From a virus (Duplodnaviria; Heunggongvirae; Uroviricota; Caudoviricetes), in the IMG/VR virus record IMGVR_UViG_3300016484_000447, positions 23,773 to 87,772 of that record: a DNA stretch of 64,000 bases; one strand, 5' to 3'. How positions within the stretch are numbered: position 1 is the stretch's first letter; every line of letters starts with the position of its first letter. A program made the translations under genes and the position numbers. Of this stretch, positions 9,988-19,938 are shown piece after piece. The notes under the pieces were generated by a model. The model was not told where the DNA came from. It saw only the letters and a list, made by a program, of their open reading frames with translations, and searched no databases.

Positions 9988-12900
9988 ATGGCAACGGTTG
10001 TCAATACCCGCGACGTTCAAATTCTGGCGACAACCCCTCGGGTGCTGGGCGTCCAGATGAACTCTAACATCCAGATCAGTCAGGATAACGTCACTGGTCT
10101 TGGCATCGTTGTCGATGGCACGAAGCAAATCTGGCTCTCGTCCACGACGCAAGTCTTCCAGATTCCCAAGTCTGGCTCGACTACACCTTCGAGCGTAACG
10201 CTCACTGCCAACGTCCGAAACCTGACTGCAACTCCGACCCTGAGCCTGATTTCAGGTACAATGTCGGTGACGCCAGTCCTTACTGCTGGGGTGTTCACAT
10301 ACACCCCGGATCAGCAGACCTCGGACGTGGTGACTTTCCGCCTGACTCTGACTCAGGACGGGAAGACCTACACAGATGACCTGACGATCATCAAGGTGCG
10401 AGAAGGCATCGACTCGGTGACGGGTCTTCTCACGAACGAGAACTTCTCGCTTCCTGCTGACTATCTCGGCAATGTCACAAGCTACGCCGGTTGCAATGGC
10501 AACTTCAAGGTGTACCAAGGTTCGACGGATGTCACGTCCGTCTGCACGTTCACGATCCCCGCTGGGGGCAACCCTGACTCCCTGACTGTGAGCCTGACTG
10601 GCTCCGGTGCAGGGGCAGGAACGTACAGCATCACGGGCGGCTACCCGACAGCGAAGGACATCACAACGCTGACGATCCGCTGCACCTTCGGCTCGACAGT
10701 CATCGACAAGGTGATGTCGATTGCCAAGGCCAAGGCTGGCGTCAACGGTGCTACTGCCAAGCAACTCGTCATGAACGTGTCGGCTCAGTCCTTCACGTTC
10801 AACGGTGACGGTGTGGCGGTGCCTTCGACGCAGATCATCACGCTGTTTGCCGCAAGCCAGAACCTGTCGGGTTCCCCGACGTTCTCGGCAACGGGCTACA
10901 ACGCCTCTGGAACGTCCATTGGCACGCTGACACTCTCTGGCACTGGGACGACTCGAACAATCGACCTAGCGGCCTTTGGAGCGGCGCAGTACGCCATCGT
11001 GACGGTCACTTGGGACGGCCTGACCGACAACACGACGCTCGTCCGGTTGAAGGACGGCGCATCGAACGTCATCGGCTACCTGACAAACGAAGCGTACACT
11101 GTGGCGACCGCTGCGGACGGCTCCGGTGGCACGTACACTGCTGCGGGCGGGACGTTCAAGGTCTTTGATGGCCTGACTGACATGACCGGCAACGCGGCTG
11201 TCACGTACAGCGTGCAGTCCTCGTCTGGCGTCAGCATCTCGATTGCGGCGACGGGTGTGTACACCGTCACTGGCACGACTGCCGATCAAGGCAATGCCAC
11301 GCTGCGGGCGGTCTACAAGGGCGTGACGGTTGACAAGTCCTACACCATTGCGCGCTCGAAGCAGGGCGCACAGGGTGCGAACGGAAGCAACGGGTCGAAC
11401 GGCCAGCGAGGCTCTCGGACGTTCTACGTGGCTATCGCTGGCTCCACTTGGAGCGACTCGACAGCTACCACAGCGGCATCCACCGATGGTGGCCCGGTCA
11501 TCAACGACATCGTGTGCGAGTTCAACAACGCTGTGAACTTCTCGCAGACGCGGTTCTGGACTGGTAGCTCCTGGACGATCATCAACGCGGTGGTCGATGG
11601 CAACCTGCTCGTCAGCGGCACAGTCGGCGCGAAGGCGCTGACGCTGAACAGCGGCGGTGGCAACAACGTCTGGATCGACTCCAACTACACTGACATCAAT
11701 GCGTGGCAAGTCTCGAACTGGGGCGTGCTCCCGACGCAGGCGACAGTGACGGATGGCATTGCAGGCGGGACAACGCTGCGTTCTCCGACTGGCAGCAACG
11801 CCAGCGCCCGGGGAGCGTTCCGCGTCCCTGTGACTGTTGGCAAGCAGTACCGCATCTCCGCAAAGGTGCGGAAGAGTGCCACAGCAAACGGCACGCTGTA
11901 CATCCGGCTTGACACAGGTACTGCGCGTACCGGAGCTTACGGTGAAGTCACCATCGGCATCGAAGGCGTGTCCACTGTCCCGACAAGCTGGACAGAGTAC
12001 GCTGCGACGTGGACGGCGACGACACCTTTCGTGTCCCCGATGGTGCTTGTGAACCACACAGGTACAGCGGGCTACATGGAAGCCCAGGACATCCGCATCG
12101 AAGAGTTGACGGACAGTGCGCTCATCGTCGTCGGTGGCATCGCTGCTGACAGGATCGACAGCCGTGGCCTGAGCATCAAGGATGCTCTTGGAAACGTCAT
12201 CCTGGCCGCTGGCAGCGCCCTGGACTGGTCGATGGTGGCTGGTCAGCCCCTGGACAAGATGTACTCGGCTGACATTGCATCGCAGTACGGTCTGAACCCG
12301 TCGCTTGTGCTGTGGCCTACCGCTGACGCCTATCCGACTGGTTGGGGCTCTTGGGCGGGCACAGCCCCGACACGAGAGACAGCTATCAACCGGAACGGGC
12401 AGTGGGGTTGTCGATACACGACTACAGGGGTGAACGCCGGATTTGCAGGGATTATCTCGTGGACTGCACCGCTCCCGGCAGACAGCTTCTTCACCGGAAG
12501 CATCGACCTGTACTTGCACAGTGTAACGTCTGGCAAGCCCGGGGCGCTGATTCGGGTCTACACTGCGGCGGACTTGTCAACGTATGTCGATACACAAGTT
12601 GTCCCAGCATCGTCGTCTACTGGATCGTGGCAACGGGTGCCGTTCATTGCCCGCGTTGGCGCTGGGCAGCAAATCTACGGAGTCCGGGTGTACCTCATGG
12701 CTTCGTGGACTGGCTTTGCCACGGGAGCGTTTACCGGGTCTGTGACATACGGGGGCATCGAGTTGAAGCCTGAACTCTCTGGCATGTACGGTGCTGTCAT
12801 TGGCACAAACCTGTCTGGGCAGTTCAACAGTGGAAACATCTCGACGTTCTTCGCTTCGGCTGCAATCGGTCTGGCGCAGATCAACACGGCGACTATCACA

Positions 12901-13038
12901 AACCTGTCTGCACTGTCGGCGACAATCGGCACGCTGCGGACTGCAACATCTGGAGGACGAGTCGAAATCATGGACAACAAAATCTATGTGTATGACACCT
13001 CGAATGCTCTGCGTGTGAAGATCGGGTACTTGCTGTGA
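9988..13038 (+). CDS. tail protein (baseplate hub / central fibre, host-specificity-like)
   Basis: 1016 aa beta-rich protein, T/S/G-rich. Position after distal tail protein. Translationally coupled to neighbours. Confidence 0.5.
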   Translation: MATVVNTRDVQILATTPRVLGVQMNSNIQISQDNVTGLGIVVDGTKQIWLSSTTQVFQIPKSGSTTPSSVTLTANVRNLTATPTLSLISGTMSVTPVLTAGVFTYTPDQQTSDVVTFRLTLTQDGKTYTDDLTIIKVREGIDSVTGLLTNENFSLPADYLGNVTSYAGCNGNFKVYQGSTDVTSVCTFTIPAGGNPDSLTVSLTGSGAGAGTYSITGGYPTAKDITTLTIRCTFGSTVIDKVMSIAKAKAGVNGATAKQLVMNVSAQSFTFNGDGVAVPSTQIITLFAASQNLSGSPTFSATGYNASGTSIGTLTLSGTGTTRTIDLAAFGAAQYAIVTVTWDGLTDNTTLVRLKDGASNVIGYLTNEAYTVATAADGSGGTYTAAGGTFKVFDGLTDMTGNAAVTYSVQSSSGVSISIAATGVYTVTGTTADQGNATLRAVYKGVTVDKSYTIARSKQGAQGANGSNGSNGQRGSRTFYVAIAGSTWSDSTATTAASTDGGPVINDIVCEFNNAVNFSQTRFWTGSSWTIINAVVDGNLLVSGTVGAKALTLNSGGGNNVWIDSNYTDINAWQVSNWGVLPTQATVTDGIAGGTTLRSPTGSNASARGAFRVPVTVGKQYRISAKVRKSATANGTLYIRLDTGTARTGAYGEVTIGIEGVSTVPTSWTEYAATWTATTPFVSPMVLVNHTGTAGYMEAQDIRIEELTDSALIVVGGIAADRIDSRGLSIKDALGNVILAAGSALDWSMVAGQPLDKMYSADIASQYGLNPSLVLWPTADAYPTGWGSWAGTAPTRETAINRNGQWGCRYTTTGVNAGFAGIISWTAPLPADSFFTGSIDLYLHSVTSGKPGALIRVYTAADLSTYVDTQVVPASSSTGSWQRVPFIARVGAGQQIYGVRVYLMASWTGFATGAFTGSVTYGGIELKPELSGMYGAVIGTNLSGQFNSGNISTFFASAAIGLAQINTATITNLSALSATIGTLRTATSGGRVEIMDNKIYVYDTSNALRVKIGYLL

Positions 13039-14135
13039 GTGTTGACTACGGTCTGAAGTGTACACCGGCCTCTGGATCGGCCCTCACGCTGGCAACAGCG
13101 TTGGGGGCTGTATTCGTCGGTGTCGTGGTATGCTCCATCACGTCTGGAACGCAAGTCCTCGACTACGCCAACGTGCCGTTTGGAGGGTTGTACGCCCTCC
13201 AAGTCGGAGAAGGAGTTCACACATGGGCAATCTCGAACAACGGCGGGGCAAGCCGCTTGACCTTCACGTATGCGAAGGCAGCTTACCAATCGTCCCGGAA
13301 CACGACATTGTACCTCTACGCCAACGCGACAACTGAGGGAAGCTACGGCATCAACGCAGTGAATGACCTTGGGCAACGGGTCGTGTCCACGATCTACCCG
13401 AATGCTCGGTTCCTGGGCAAACTGACGCTGACCGGACAGACACCAAGCAAGTACGATACCACGACGACTGTCTCGACGCAATACTCGTGGTACTGCAACA
13501 CGGCGACAATCTCCTACACACCGACAAGTGCTAACCACTCTACGGTCGTGTTTTGGACAATCCCGTCTTCGACTTCGACGGACTACTGGTACTACGGGAA
13601 GCCGACGCTTTCCGGTGTGGCACCGAATATGTACGCGAGGTTGTACTACAGGGGTTTGGCGGGGTTCAATGGCACCCTTCCGGTTCTGCCAGAGGCATTC
13701 GCCTTCGAGGTTGGCCCCTACGTCAATGCCTCAACCAGTTACGGCATCAGGGTCTATGACGCAAGTGGGAACGTCATGTTCGACGGTGCGACACCTCAAC
13801 TCGTCGTGTTGAGCATGATTACGAACGTTGACTACTCGACGGCGGGGACATCGTACACCCTTCCATCGGGGATCACACCGGCAATCTACTTCCCTCAGTA
13901 CATCAATGAGCGGAAGGGGTCTGGCTGCAATATAGACGGGTACGCGAAGCTGTTCGAGTATTTCGGCATGATGCAGCGGAATGGAACTACCTTGAACGCG
14001 GACATCATCACGATGAACGTCGAGGGTGACTTCTACGACTGCCGGGACACGGTGACAAACTACTACTACGGGAACAAGACCGGACTCGTTGTGCCAATCA
14101 TTGACGCCACGCAGTACGGTGGCGCTGCGATCTGA
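13035..14135 (+). CDS. tail-associated protein
   Basis: 366 aa. GTG start overlapping the previous stop. In the tail gene block. Confidence 0.45.
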   Translation: MSVDYGLKCTPASGSALTLATALGAVFVGVVVCSITSGTQVLDYANVPFGGLYALQVGEGVHTWAISNNGGASRLTFTYAKAAYQSSRNTTLYLYANATTEGSYGINAVNDLGQRVVSTIYPNARFLGKLTLTGQTPSKYDTTTTVSTQYSWYCNTATISYTPTSANHSTVVFWTIPSSTSTDYWYYGKPTLSGVAPNMYARLYYRGLAGFNGTLPVLPEAFAFEVGPYVNASTSYGIRVYDASGNVMFDGATPQLVVLSMITNVDYSTAGTSYTLPSGITPAIYFPQYINERKGSGCNIDGYAKLFEYFGMMQRNGTTLNADIITMNVEGDFYDCRDTVTNYYYGNKTGLVVPIIDATQYGGAAI

Positions 14136-14144
14136 AAGGAAATC

Positions 14145-14417
14145 ATGGCTCTCTTGAAAGAGTTCACGACACCTCAAGGTGTCACTGCGACATACCACAA
14201 GCTGCTGAAGGTTGAAATCTCGGTGGCAGAACAGTGCGTGACGCTGGTCATTGCCCTGTACCCTAGCGCAGAGGTGAGGGACAGTGGAGCCCAGGCGCTG
14301 TGGCACGAATACGTTCGAGTACCGTTCGAGGACTTCGTTGTTGACCCTCGACAACCGTTCTACGAACTGGCGGCGACGTATGTCAACTCCTACCTGAAGG
14401 GGGCTGAAGGTGGCTAA
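14145..14417 (+). CDS. hypothetical tail-module protein
   Basis: 90 aa. AAAGGAAATC RBS. Between tail genes. Confidence 0.4.
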   Translation: MALLKEFTTPQGVTATYHKLLKVEISVAEQCVTLVIALYPSAEVRDSGAQALWHEYVRVPFEDFVVDPRQPFYELAATYVNSYLKGAEGG

Positions 14418-15252
14418 CCTGCGAATCCTGTACAACAACGCTGCGAAGCGTGTTGCGTCGATCACGGCTGACACGACTCTCGGCGGGCTTGCAGCAACGA
14501 ACATGCTGTCTGACATCAAGAGCGAGGTCTGGCGTGGGTCGAATGCAACGACTGCCACGTTGACCCTGGCCTGGGCCGCAAACGAACCAGTGGCCTGCGT
14601 GGCGCTCCCGTTCTGCTCGCTGTCTTCGACATCCCAGATGCGCGTCAAGTGCTACTCCGATCAGGCGGCTACTGTCCAAGTCTACGCGACTGGGTGGATC
14701 AACGCAAGCCCTTCCTCCCTGATCGGCTCGGCGAGTGACTGGGGCGTACTGCCGTTCGGTGTGAACGCCTACAACTATGGTGGTAGTGCGAGTGCCGTGG
14801 TGTACTTTCCCGTACAGACGGTGCGAGCGATCAAGGTAGACCTACAAGACACTGCAAACCCGCTCGGGTACATCGAAGCCGGGTGCATCGTCGTCGGATC
14901 GTACTGGAGTCCAGTGTACAACGTCCAGTACGGAGAGGCAACCATCGAGGTGACGGACCAGAGCAAGCACGAACGCTCAGACGCTGGCGACCTGTTCACA
15001 GATCGTGGCCCGACGTTCAAGACGCTGAACCTGACGGTGCAGCACATGCCTGCGACAGACCGGGATGCCGTTTGGCGGATTCTCCGGGGGAATGGTATGG
15101 CGAAGCCTGTGTTCGTTTCCTTGGTGCCGGAATCGACGGACACAATGGACGAACAGATTTTCTCCCTGTACGGCAAGCTGTCGAAGGGGTCTTCCATCCA
15201 GTATCAATTCATGGGCCAGTACATGAGTGCCCTGCAAATCGAGGAACTCTGA
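14410..15252 (+). CDS. tail protein
   Basis: 280 aa. GTG start overlapping previous gene. In tail block. Confidence 0.45.
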   Translation: MANLRILYNNAAKRVASITADTTLGGLAATNMLSDIKSEVWRGSNATTATLTLAWAANEPVACVALPFCSLSSTSQMRVKCYSDQAATVQVYATGWINASPSSLIGSASDWGVLPFGVNAYNYGGSASAVVYFPVQTVRAIKVDLQDTANPLGYIEAGCIVVGSYWSPVYNVQYGEATIEVTDQSKHERSDAGDLFTDRGPTFKTLNLTVQHMPATDRDAVWRILRGNGMAKPVFVSLVPESTDTMDEQIFSLYGKLSKGSSIQYQFMGQYMSALQIEEL

Positions 15253-15253
15253 G

Positions 15254-16123
15254 ATGCCTTTCTACGCTGGGCAAATTGACTACATCGACCAACTGAACGC
15301 TGTCGAAGCGAACGCAAACAGGACGACTTATAGCTCGGCTGTGTTTGCGGTGTACGACTCGACAGACACCACGAAGATTGCCAAGTTCAACCTCTCCGGT
15401 TTCACAACTGGGGTGACGAACACGTACACGCTCCCTAACGGAACGTACACCCTGGCAGTCACCGGCGCCCTGAACCAGACGTTCTCCGGCCAGACCACTT
15501 TCTCGAACGCAACTCTGACGTTCGGTAGCTCGACAGCCACTAGCACAGTCGGCCTCGCGTCCGGGGCAACCACGTCAGGTTCGGTCAAGACAGTGAATAT
15601 CGGCACTGGTGGCGTCAGCGGCTCGACAACCAACATCACGATCGGTTCGACCTTCGGGACGACGATCACTCTCAACGTCGCACCGACAAGTGCGACAGGG
15701 TACAAGATCGGGACAACGACATCGACAGATGTCAACACTCTCGACTACTACCAAGAAGGTACGTTCACGCCCGTCGTGGCAGGCACTACCACTGCCGGTG
15801 CGGGGACGTACACAACGCAGGCTGGCAAGTATACCCGGATCGGAAACCGTGTCTACTTCAACCTGCAAATCGTGCAGACGGCTCACACGGGTACGGGGAA
15901 CATGGTCATCACTGGCCTGCCCTTCACCTCTGAAAGCTCGATGCACATTCCTCTCGACCTCCGCTGTGACAGCTTGACATTCACGGGTCAACTGTCGGCG
16001 TATGTCCAGTCGAACTCGACCCAGATCGTTCTCGAAACGCTGGCGTCTGGTGCGGCTCCGACTGCGCTGGCAATGGACACGGCTTGCTCCATCTGGATCA
16101 GCGGTCAATATCTGGTGCCGTAA
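15254..16123 (+). CDS. tail fibre-like protein (G/T/S-rich repeats)
   Basis: Start at MPFYAG one nt after the previous stop. T/G/S-rich low-complexity beta repeats typical of fibre shafts. Stop overlaps the holin start (TAATG). Confidence 0.45.
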   Translation: MPFYAGQIDYIDQLNAVEANANRTTYSSAVFAVYDSTDTTKIAKFNLSGFTTGVTNTYTLPNGTYTLAVTGALNQTFSGQTTFSNATLTFGSSTATSTVGLASGATTSGSVKTVNIGTGGVSGSTTNITIGSTFGTTITLNVAPTSATGYKIGTTTSTDVNTLDYYQEGTFTPVVAGTTTAGAGTYTTQAGKYTRIGNRVYFNLQIVQTAHTGTGNMVITGLPFTSESSMHIPLDLRCDSLTFTGQLSAYVQSNSTQIVLETLASGAAPTALAMDTACSIWISGQYLVP

Positions 16124-16470
16124 TGCTTGACAACGTGAACATGAACCACAAGGACTCTGGGGTTCTCTTTCACTCGGGCTGGCTGACCTACTTGGGTATC
16201 ATGGCAATCTCGCTCTGGGGCGGGCTTGTCAGCTACTTCGAGAAGCGAAGCACGTTCTCGTGGAAGACGCTGATTGCGCATCTGAGTTCGTCGTCGTTCG
16301 CAGGGATGATGACGTTCTTCGCGTGCGAGTACGCTGGAATCTCTGGCCCTCTGACTGGTGTCCTGTGCGGCGTTGCCGCTCACATGGGGACTCCCGCCTT
16401 GATCCGCTTCGCCATGAAGCTCAAGATCGTGCGTGACGTTCTCGCAGACGAAAAGGGGCAAACAAAGTAA
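16123..16470 (+). CDS. holin (multi-TM small membrane protein)
   Basis: 115 aa with about three hydrophobic helices and a charged C-terminus (KLKIVRDVLADEKGQTK). Immediately upstream of and overlapping the endolysin start. Confidence 0.5.
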   Translation: MLDNVNMNHKDSGVLFHSGWLTYLGIMAISLWGGLVSYFEKRSTFSWKTLIAHLSSSSFAGMMTFFACEYAGISGPLTGVLCGVAAHMGTPALIRFAMKLKIVRDVLADEKGQTK

Positions 16471-16997
16471 TGCAACTCACGCTGCAACAGTTGTGCAGCA
16501 TCATGCCCGAAGCCGCAAAGCTCCGGGCATCTCTCTTCCTCGAACCGCTGAACAAGGCGATGCAGGAGTTTGGGATCGACACCCCAAAACGGGTAGCCGC
16601 ATTCCTGGCTCAAATCGGCCACGAGAGCGGGCGTCTGGTGTACGTCAAGGAGTTGGCCTCGGGCCAAGCCTACGAGGGCCGCAAAGACCTGGGAAACACG
16701 CTCCCTGGGGATGGGGTCAAGTACAAGGGGCGCGGGCTCATCCAGATCACAGGCAAGGCCAACTACGTCGCCCTGGCGATGGCGCTGGACATCGACTGCA
16801 TCGTCCACCCAGAGGTGGTCGAACAGCCGGAAAACGCCTGCCGGTCTGCTGGGTGGTTCTGGAAGAAGCACAACCTCAACCAGTACGCCGACTCTGGTGA
16901 CTTTATCACCTTGACGAAGCGAATCAATGGTGGCACGAACGGGCTAGCCGACAGGCAAGCTCTCTACGCCAAGGCCAAGCAAGTGCTTGGCATCTGA
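16470..16997 (+). CDS. endolysin, glycoside hydrolase family 19 (chitinase-like lysozyme)
   Basis: Carries the GH19 signature AQIGHESG ... YKGRGLIQITGKANY. 175 aa, no signal peptide. Follows the holin. Confidence 0.8.
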   Translation: MQLTLQQLCSIMPEAAKLRASLFLEPLNKAMQEFGIDTPKRVAAFLAQIGHESGRLVYVKELASGQAYEGRKDLGNTLPGDGVKYKGRGLIQITGKANYVALAMALDIDCIVHPEVVEQPENACRSAGWFWKKHNLNQYADSGDFITLTKRINGGTNGLADRQALYAKAKQVLGI

Positions 16998-17014
16998 AGA
17001 ATTGGAGAACAATT

Positions 17015-18367
17015 GTGGCAGATACAATCATCCCGGTGGCGGGCGTTTTCAACACTCCGAGTGGAGCCCTCACAGGGTTGACAGAGGGTGACTACACGTA
17101 CCCCCTTCTCAGCCCCTCCGAGGTTGCGTCAACTCGTTCCTTGGTGTCAGGGGATTGGAATGCCAACCAAGCCGATGTGCTGACCGCTGGCGGTGGCCTC
17201 GTGGTGGCAACCGATGCCGGCGCGCTGTATGGTCCTGGTGGCGCCATCCCAACGGGTGGCGGATCGTCAGAGACCGTGGTGTCGCTCGCCGTCAGCGGCG
17301 CCACGAACGTGGATGCCGCGACCTATGCGCGCAAGACAATTGCGCTCACCATCAGCGGGGCTGCTGCCACCTATCACGCGGTGACGCTGACGGCTGGTGG
17401 CTGGGCAGCCGGTGACTGGGTTCTGTTCCGGCTTGACTCCCTCACGTCGTCTGCCGGCATCCAGGTCATCTCGCTGGCTGGCACCATCGTGCCCACGAGC
17501 GCCCCGAAGTTCGGGATGGTCGGCGGCTGGCTCAAGATCAAGCGCAACGCGGCCAACACGGGTTGGAACATCGAGCAGTCCATGCCTCTGTTCCCGCTCG
17601 GTGGCGGACTTGAAGCATGGCTGCTCTGCTCGACCTACTGCAAAGCCACGGTATTCGGCACGGACCACATCTGGAATCAGGGCTCACACAAGACCCAGCA
17701 CTCCAACAACGGGTCCACTGGCAGTTCGCTGGTCGAAATCGTGTCCGAGGGCACGCTCGACACCAACAACGTCACCGGAACCTATGCGCTGAACAGCTAC
17801 AGCCGCATCGGAACGCAAAACGTCGATTACTCGGGCAACTGGCGAATCAACGTCGAGCTGGCAACGTTCCCGCAGTACAACACGACTGGAGCATTCAGCA
17901 CCGGAATGCCCTCTGGCGTGGCCGGTAAGCGTCACGCCGCAATCCGTCTGGCCTCTACTAGGTACAGCGACTCCAAGCATTGGGGTGGCCTCATCCTGGG
18001 CAGCCAGACGGGCGCGCTCTACAACGGTGTGTGGGCGTGGTGGGACGACTACGGCAACCACATCCAGGCGCGTGGCCGCGGCACCACCAGTGAGCAGCGC
18101 GACACCGGCACTGCCTCGTTCACCGTTGCCGACAACACCGCGCAGGTCGCGCTGGCAGGCAGCGGCACGATCACCGTCACCCTGCCGCAGACCCCGTTCG
18201 ACGGGCAGGACCTGACCTTGTTCCTGGAGACAGGTTACACCGGAATCACCCTGAGCAGCGGCGCGCAGGGCGCCACCATCATCGGCGGCACCGTGGGCAC
18301 CACGGCGGGCAGCTTCGCGCGGTTCAGCTATCGCGCCGCGTCCAACACCTGGCGGCGCTGCGGCTGA
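17015..18367 (+). CDS. tail fibre / receptor-binding-like protein located after lysis cassette
   Basis: 450 aa. GTG start with GGAGAA RBS. G/T/A/S-rich beta composition resembling fibre proteins. Unusual position downstream of the endolysin; higher GC than the tail block. Confidence 0.35.
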   Translation: MADTIIPVAGVFNTPSGALTGLTEGDYTYPLLSPSEVASTRSLVSGDWNANQADVLTAGGGLVVATDAGALYGPGGAIPTGGGSSETVVSLAVSGATNVDAATYARKTIALTISGAAATYHAVTLTAGGWAAGDWVLFRLDSLTSSAGIQVISLAGTIVPTSAPKFGMVGGWLKIKRNAANTGWNIEQSMPLFPLGGGLEAWLLCSTYCKATVFGTDHIWNQGSHKTQHSNNGSTGSSLVEIVSEGTLDTNNVTGTYALNSYSRIGTQNVDYSGNWRINVELATFPQYNTTGAFSTGMPSGVAGKRHAAIRLASTRYSDSKHWGGLILGSQTGALYNGVWAWWDDYGNHIQARGRGTTSEQRDTGTASFTVADNTAQVALAGSGTITVTLPQTPFDGQDLTLFLETGYTGITLSSGAQGATIIGGTVGTTAGSFARFSYRAASNTWRRCG

Positions 18368-18410
18368 TTCCCATCATCTGCCGGTGCACATCAAAATCTG
18401 AAAGGACATC

Positions 18411-18683
18411 ATGAACAAGTTTCTCGCCATCCTCGACCTCTTCCGCAAGGGAGAGGCAGTCGCCAACAAGGAAGCCTGGAAGACGGGCCAGATCACTGCC
18501 ACTGCCCTCGCTGGCGTGGTCATGGCTGGGGCCAACGTGGCTGCGATGTACGGGCACCCGCTGCCTGCTGCAATCGACGCTGACACGGTGACGGCAGTCG
18601 CTGGCGCTGTCATCGGGGTTGTCAACCTCGTCCTGACATACGCGACATCCGAGACAGTCGGCTTCCTCCCCGAAAAGAACTGA
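18411..18683 (+). CDS. small membrane protein (2 TM)
   Basis: 90 aa. AAAGGA RBS. Two hydrophobic segments. Last gene before the convergent terminators. Confidence 0.4.
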   Translation: MNKFLAILDLFRKGEAVANKEAWKTGQITATALAGVVMAGANVAAMYGHPLPAAIDADTVTAVAGAVIGVVNLVLTYATSETVGFLPEKN

Positions 18684-18684
18684 C

Positions 18685-18718
18685 GAACAAAAGCCCGGAA
18701 GGCACAAGACCTCCCGGG
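18685..18718 (-). terminator. rho-independent terminator for leftward operon
   Basis: On the minus strand CCCGGGAGG-TCTTGTG-CCTTCCGGG is followed by CTTTTGTT. It lies just downstream of the last leftward gene (ends 18772). Confidence 0.65.
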
Positions 18719-18747
18719 CTCAAGTATAGTGCCGTGGTGGGCACATT

Positions 18748-18773
18748 GGACGCCTTCGGGCGTCCTTTTTTTT
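18748..18773 (+). terminator. rho-independent terminator of rightward late operon
   Basis: GGACGCCTTCGGGCGTCC hairpin followed by T8. Confidence 0.8.
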
Positions 18774-18954
18774 ATGCCTTCGCTTCCCTTGTGGCTTGCT
18801 GCCACAGGTAGAACATGGAAGAGACAGCAAGGTCTGGGTACGGGAAGATCGACTGGTCGATGTCTTCACGCTCCTTGATGCGATGGATGCACGCCTCGAA
18901 CTGCTGCTTCTCTTCCTCGGTGAAGGCCCGGAAGGGCTCAGGCTGCTGCGACAT
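18772..18954 (-). CDS. hypothetical protein
   Basis: 60 aa acidic ORF, last in the leftward operon. Confidence 0.35.
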   Translation of the reverse strand: MSQQPEPFRAFTEEEKQQFEACIHRIKEREDIDQSIFPYPDLAVSSMFYLWQQATREAKA

Positions 18955-19243
18955 CCAGTTGCTCGAAAGCCTGGGCGAGTTCGCTGGCCTTCTTCGTCTC
19001 GGCCTTGAAGCTGGCCTTCAGCCACTTGGACAGCACGCCCTTGTCGATGCCGAACGTCTCGGACATGGCTTCCACCGCGTCCTTGAAGTTGGTCTTCTCC
19101 TGGGCTTCGGCCTTCAGGTAGCCGAAGGCTTCTTCCTTGTACTTGCGCAGCAGTTCGGGATCGACGTTGACCGTCTCGTCGCCGATGGTGATGGGCTTCA
19201 GGTTCTCGGTGACGTTGCCGTCGTCTTGGTCATTGGGGTTCAT
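18938..19243 (-). CDS. hypothetical protein
   Basis: 101 aa. GGAG RBS 7 nt upstream of ATG. Acidic. Confidence 0.45.
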   Translation of the reverse strand: MNPNDQDDGNVTENLKPITIGDETVNVDPELLRKYKEEAFGYLKAEAQEKTNFKDAVEAMSETFGIDKGVLSKWLKASFKAETKKASELAQAFEQLDVAAA

Positions 19244-19388
19244 TCTTCATCTCCGTGGTTGATGTGGGAAGTCGGGCACGACTCGTTCGGGGCGAGCCAG
19301 ACGAATGTGTGTAGGTCGTGCCCGTGGATGCAGGCTTCGACAATGCGCTGGAACGCAGTCGATCCCGCCTCGCTGTAGACGGGCGACA

Positions 19389-19514
19389 TCACTCGCCCTT
19401 CTTCAGCTTCTTCAGCGCCGCCACGCGCTTCATGCGTTCGGCGGCGATCTTCTTGTGGCTGGCGATGTAGGCGGCGGCGTACTCGGCGTCGGTTTCGCGT
19501 TGCTTGAAATACAT
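19389..19514 (-). CDS. small basic protein
   Basis: 41 aa from MYFKQRE. AAGGAGAA RBS. The upstream part of the listed 66-aa ORF lacks an RBS. Confidence 0.3.
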   Translation of the reverse strand: MYFKQRETDAEYAAAYIASHKKIAAERMKRVAALKKLKKGE

Positions 19515-19717
19515 GGAGTTCTCCTTGTGTTGGTTGTTGTCAGCCCTGGGTCTTACCGGCGTTCGGGATGAAGCCGAGGATCGCCCCAAGGGGGAAGATC
19601 AGCAGGCCCAGGACGCGGATCAGCGAAGTCCAGTCCGGGCCTTTGAAGAGCCAGTACAGGTTCATGATGTAGCCGAGGACGGCCACGATCAGGAGGGCGT
19701 AGGCGATGGCGCCAATG

Positions 19718-19924
19718 TCAGACCTCGTTGAAGCTCTTCAGGTGGATGCCGCCACGGTACATGACAGGAGCGGAGCGGTGGCCCTGGCCGATCAGGAAGT
19801 CACGGGCGTCTTGGTTGCCCTCGACAGAGACTTCGGTGAACGGGATACCGGCCTGCTTCAGCCGGGCCTTCAGCGTGTCGCACTGGGGGCAGTTCTTCTT
19901 GGTGTAGACGATCAGTTCGTCCAT
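19718..19924 (-). CDS. nrdH: NrdH-like glutaredoxin
   Basis: 68 aa with a CPQC active-site motif near the N-terminus and a glutaredoxin-like fold pattern. Directly downstream of nrdB. Confidence 0.7.
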   Translation of the reverse strand: MDELIVYTKKNCPQCDTLKARLKQAGIPFTEVSVEGNQDARDFLIGQGHRSAPVMYRGGIHLKSFNEV

Positions 19925-19938
19925 GTGTGGTTCCTTTC

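Noticed and set aside
8422-14648. Long minus-strand ORFs (8422-9891, 10966-12519, 13731-14648) antisense to tail genes
   Set aside because: Same GC-driven artefact: Arg/Pro/His-rich, no RBS, contradict the contiguous translationally coupled plus-strand tail operon.
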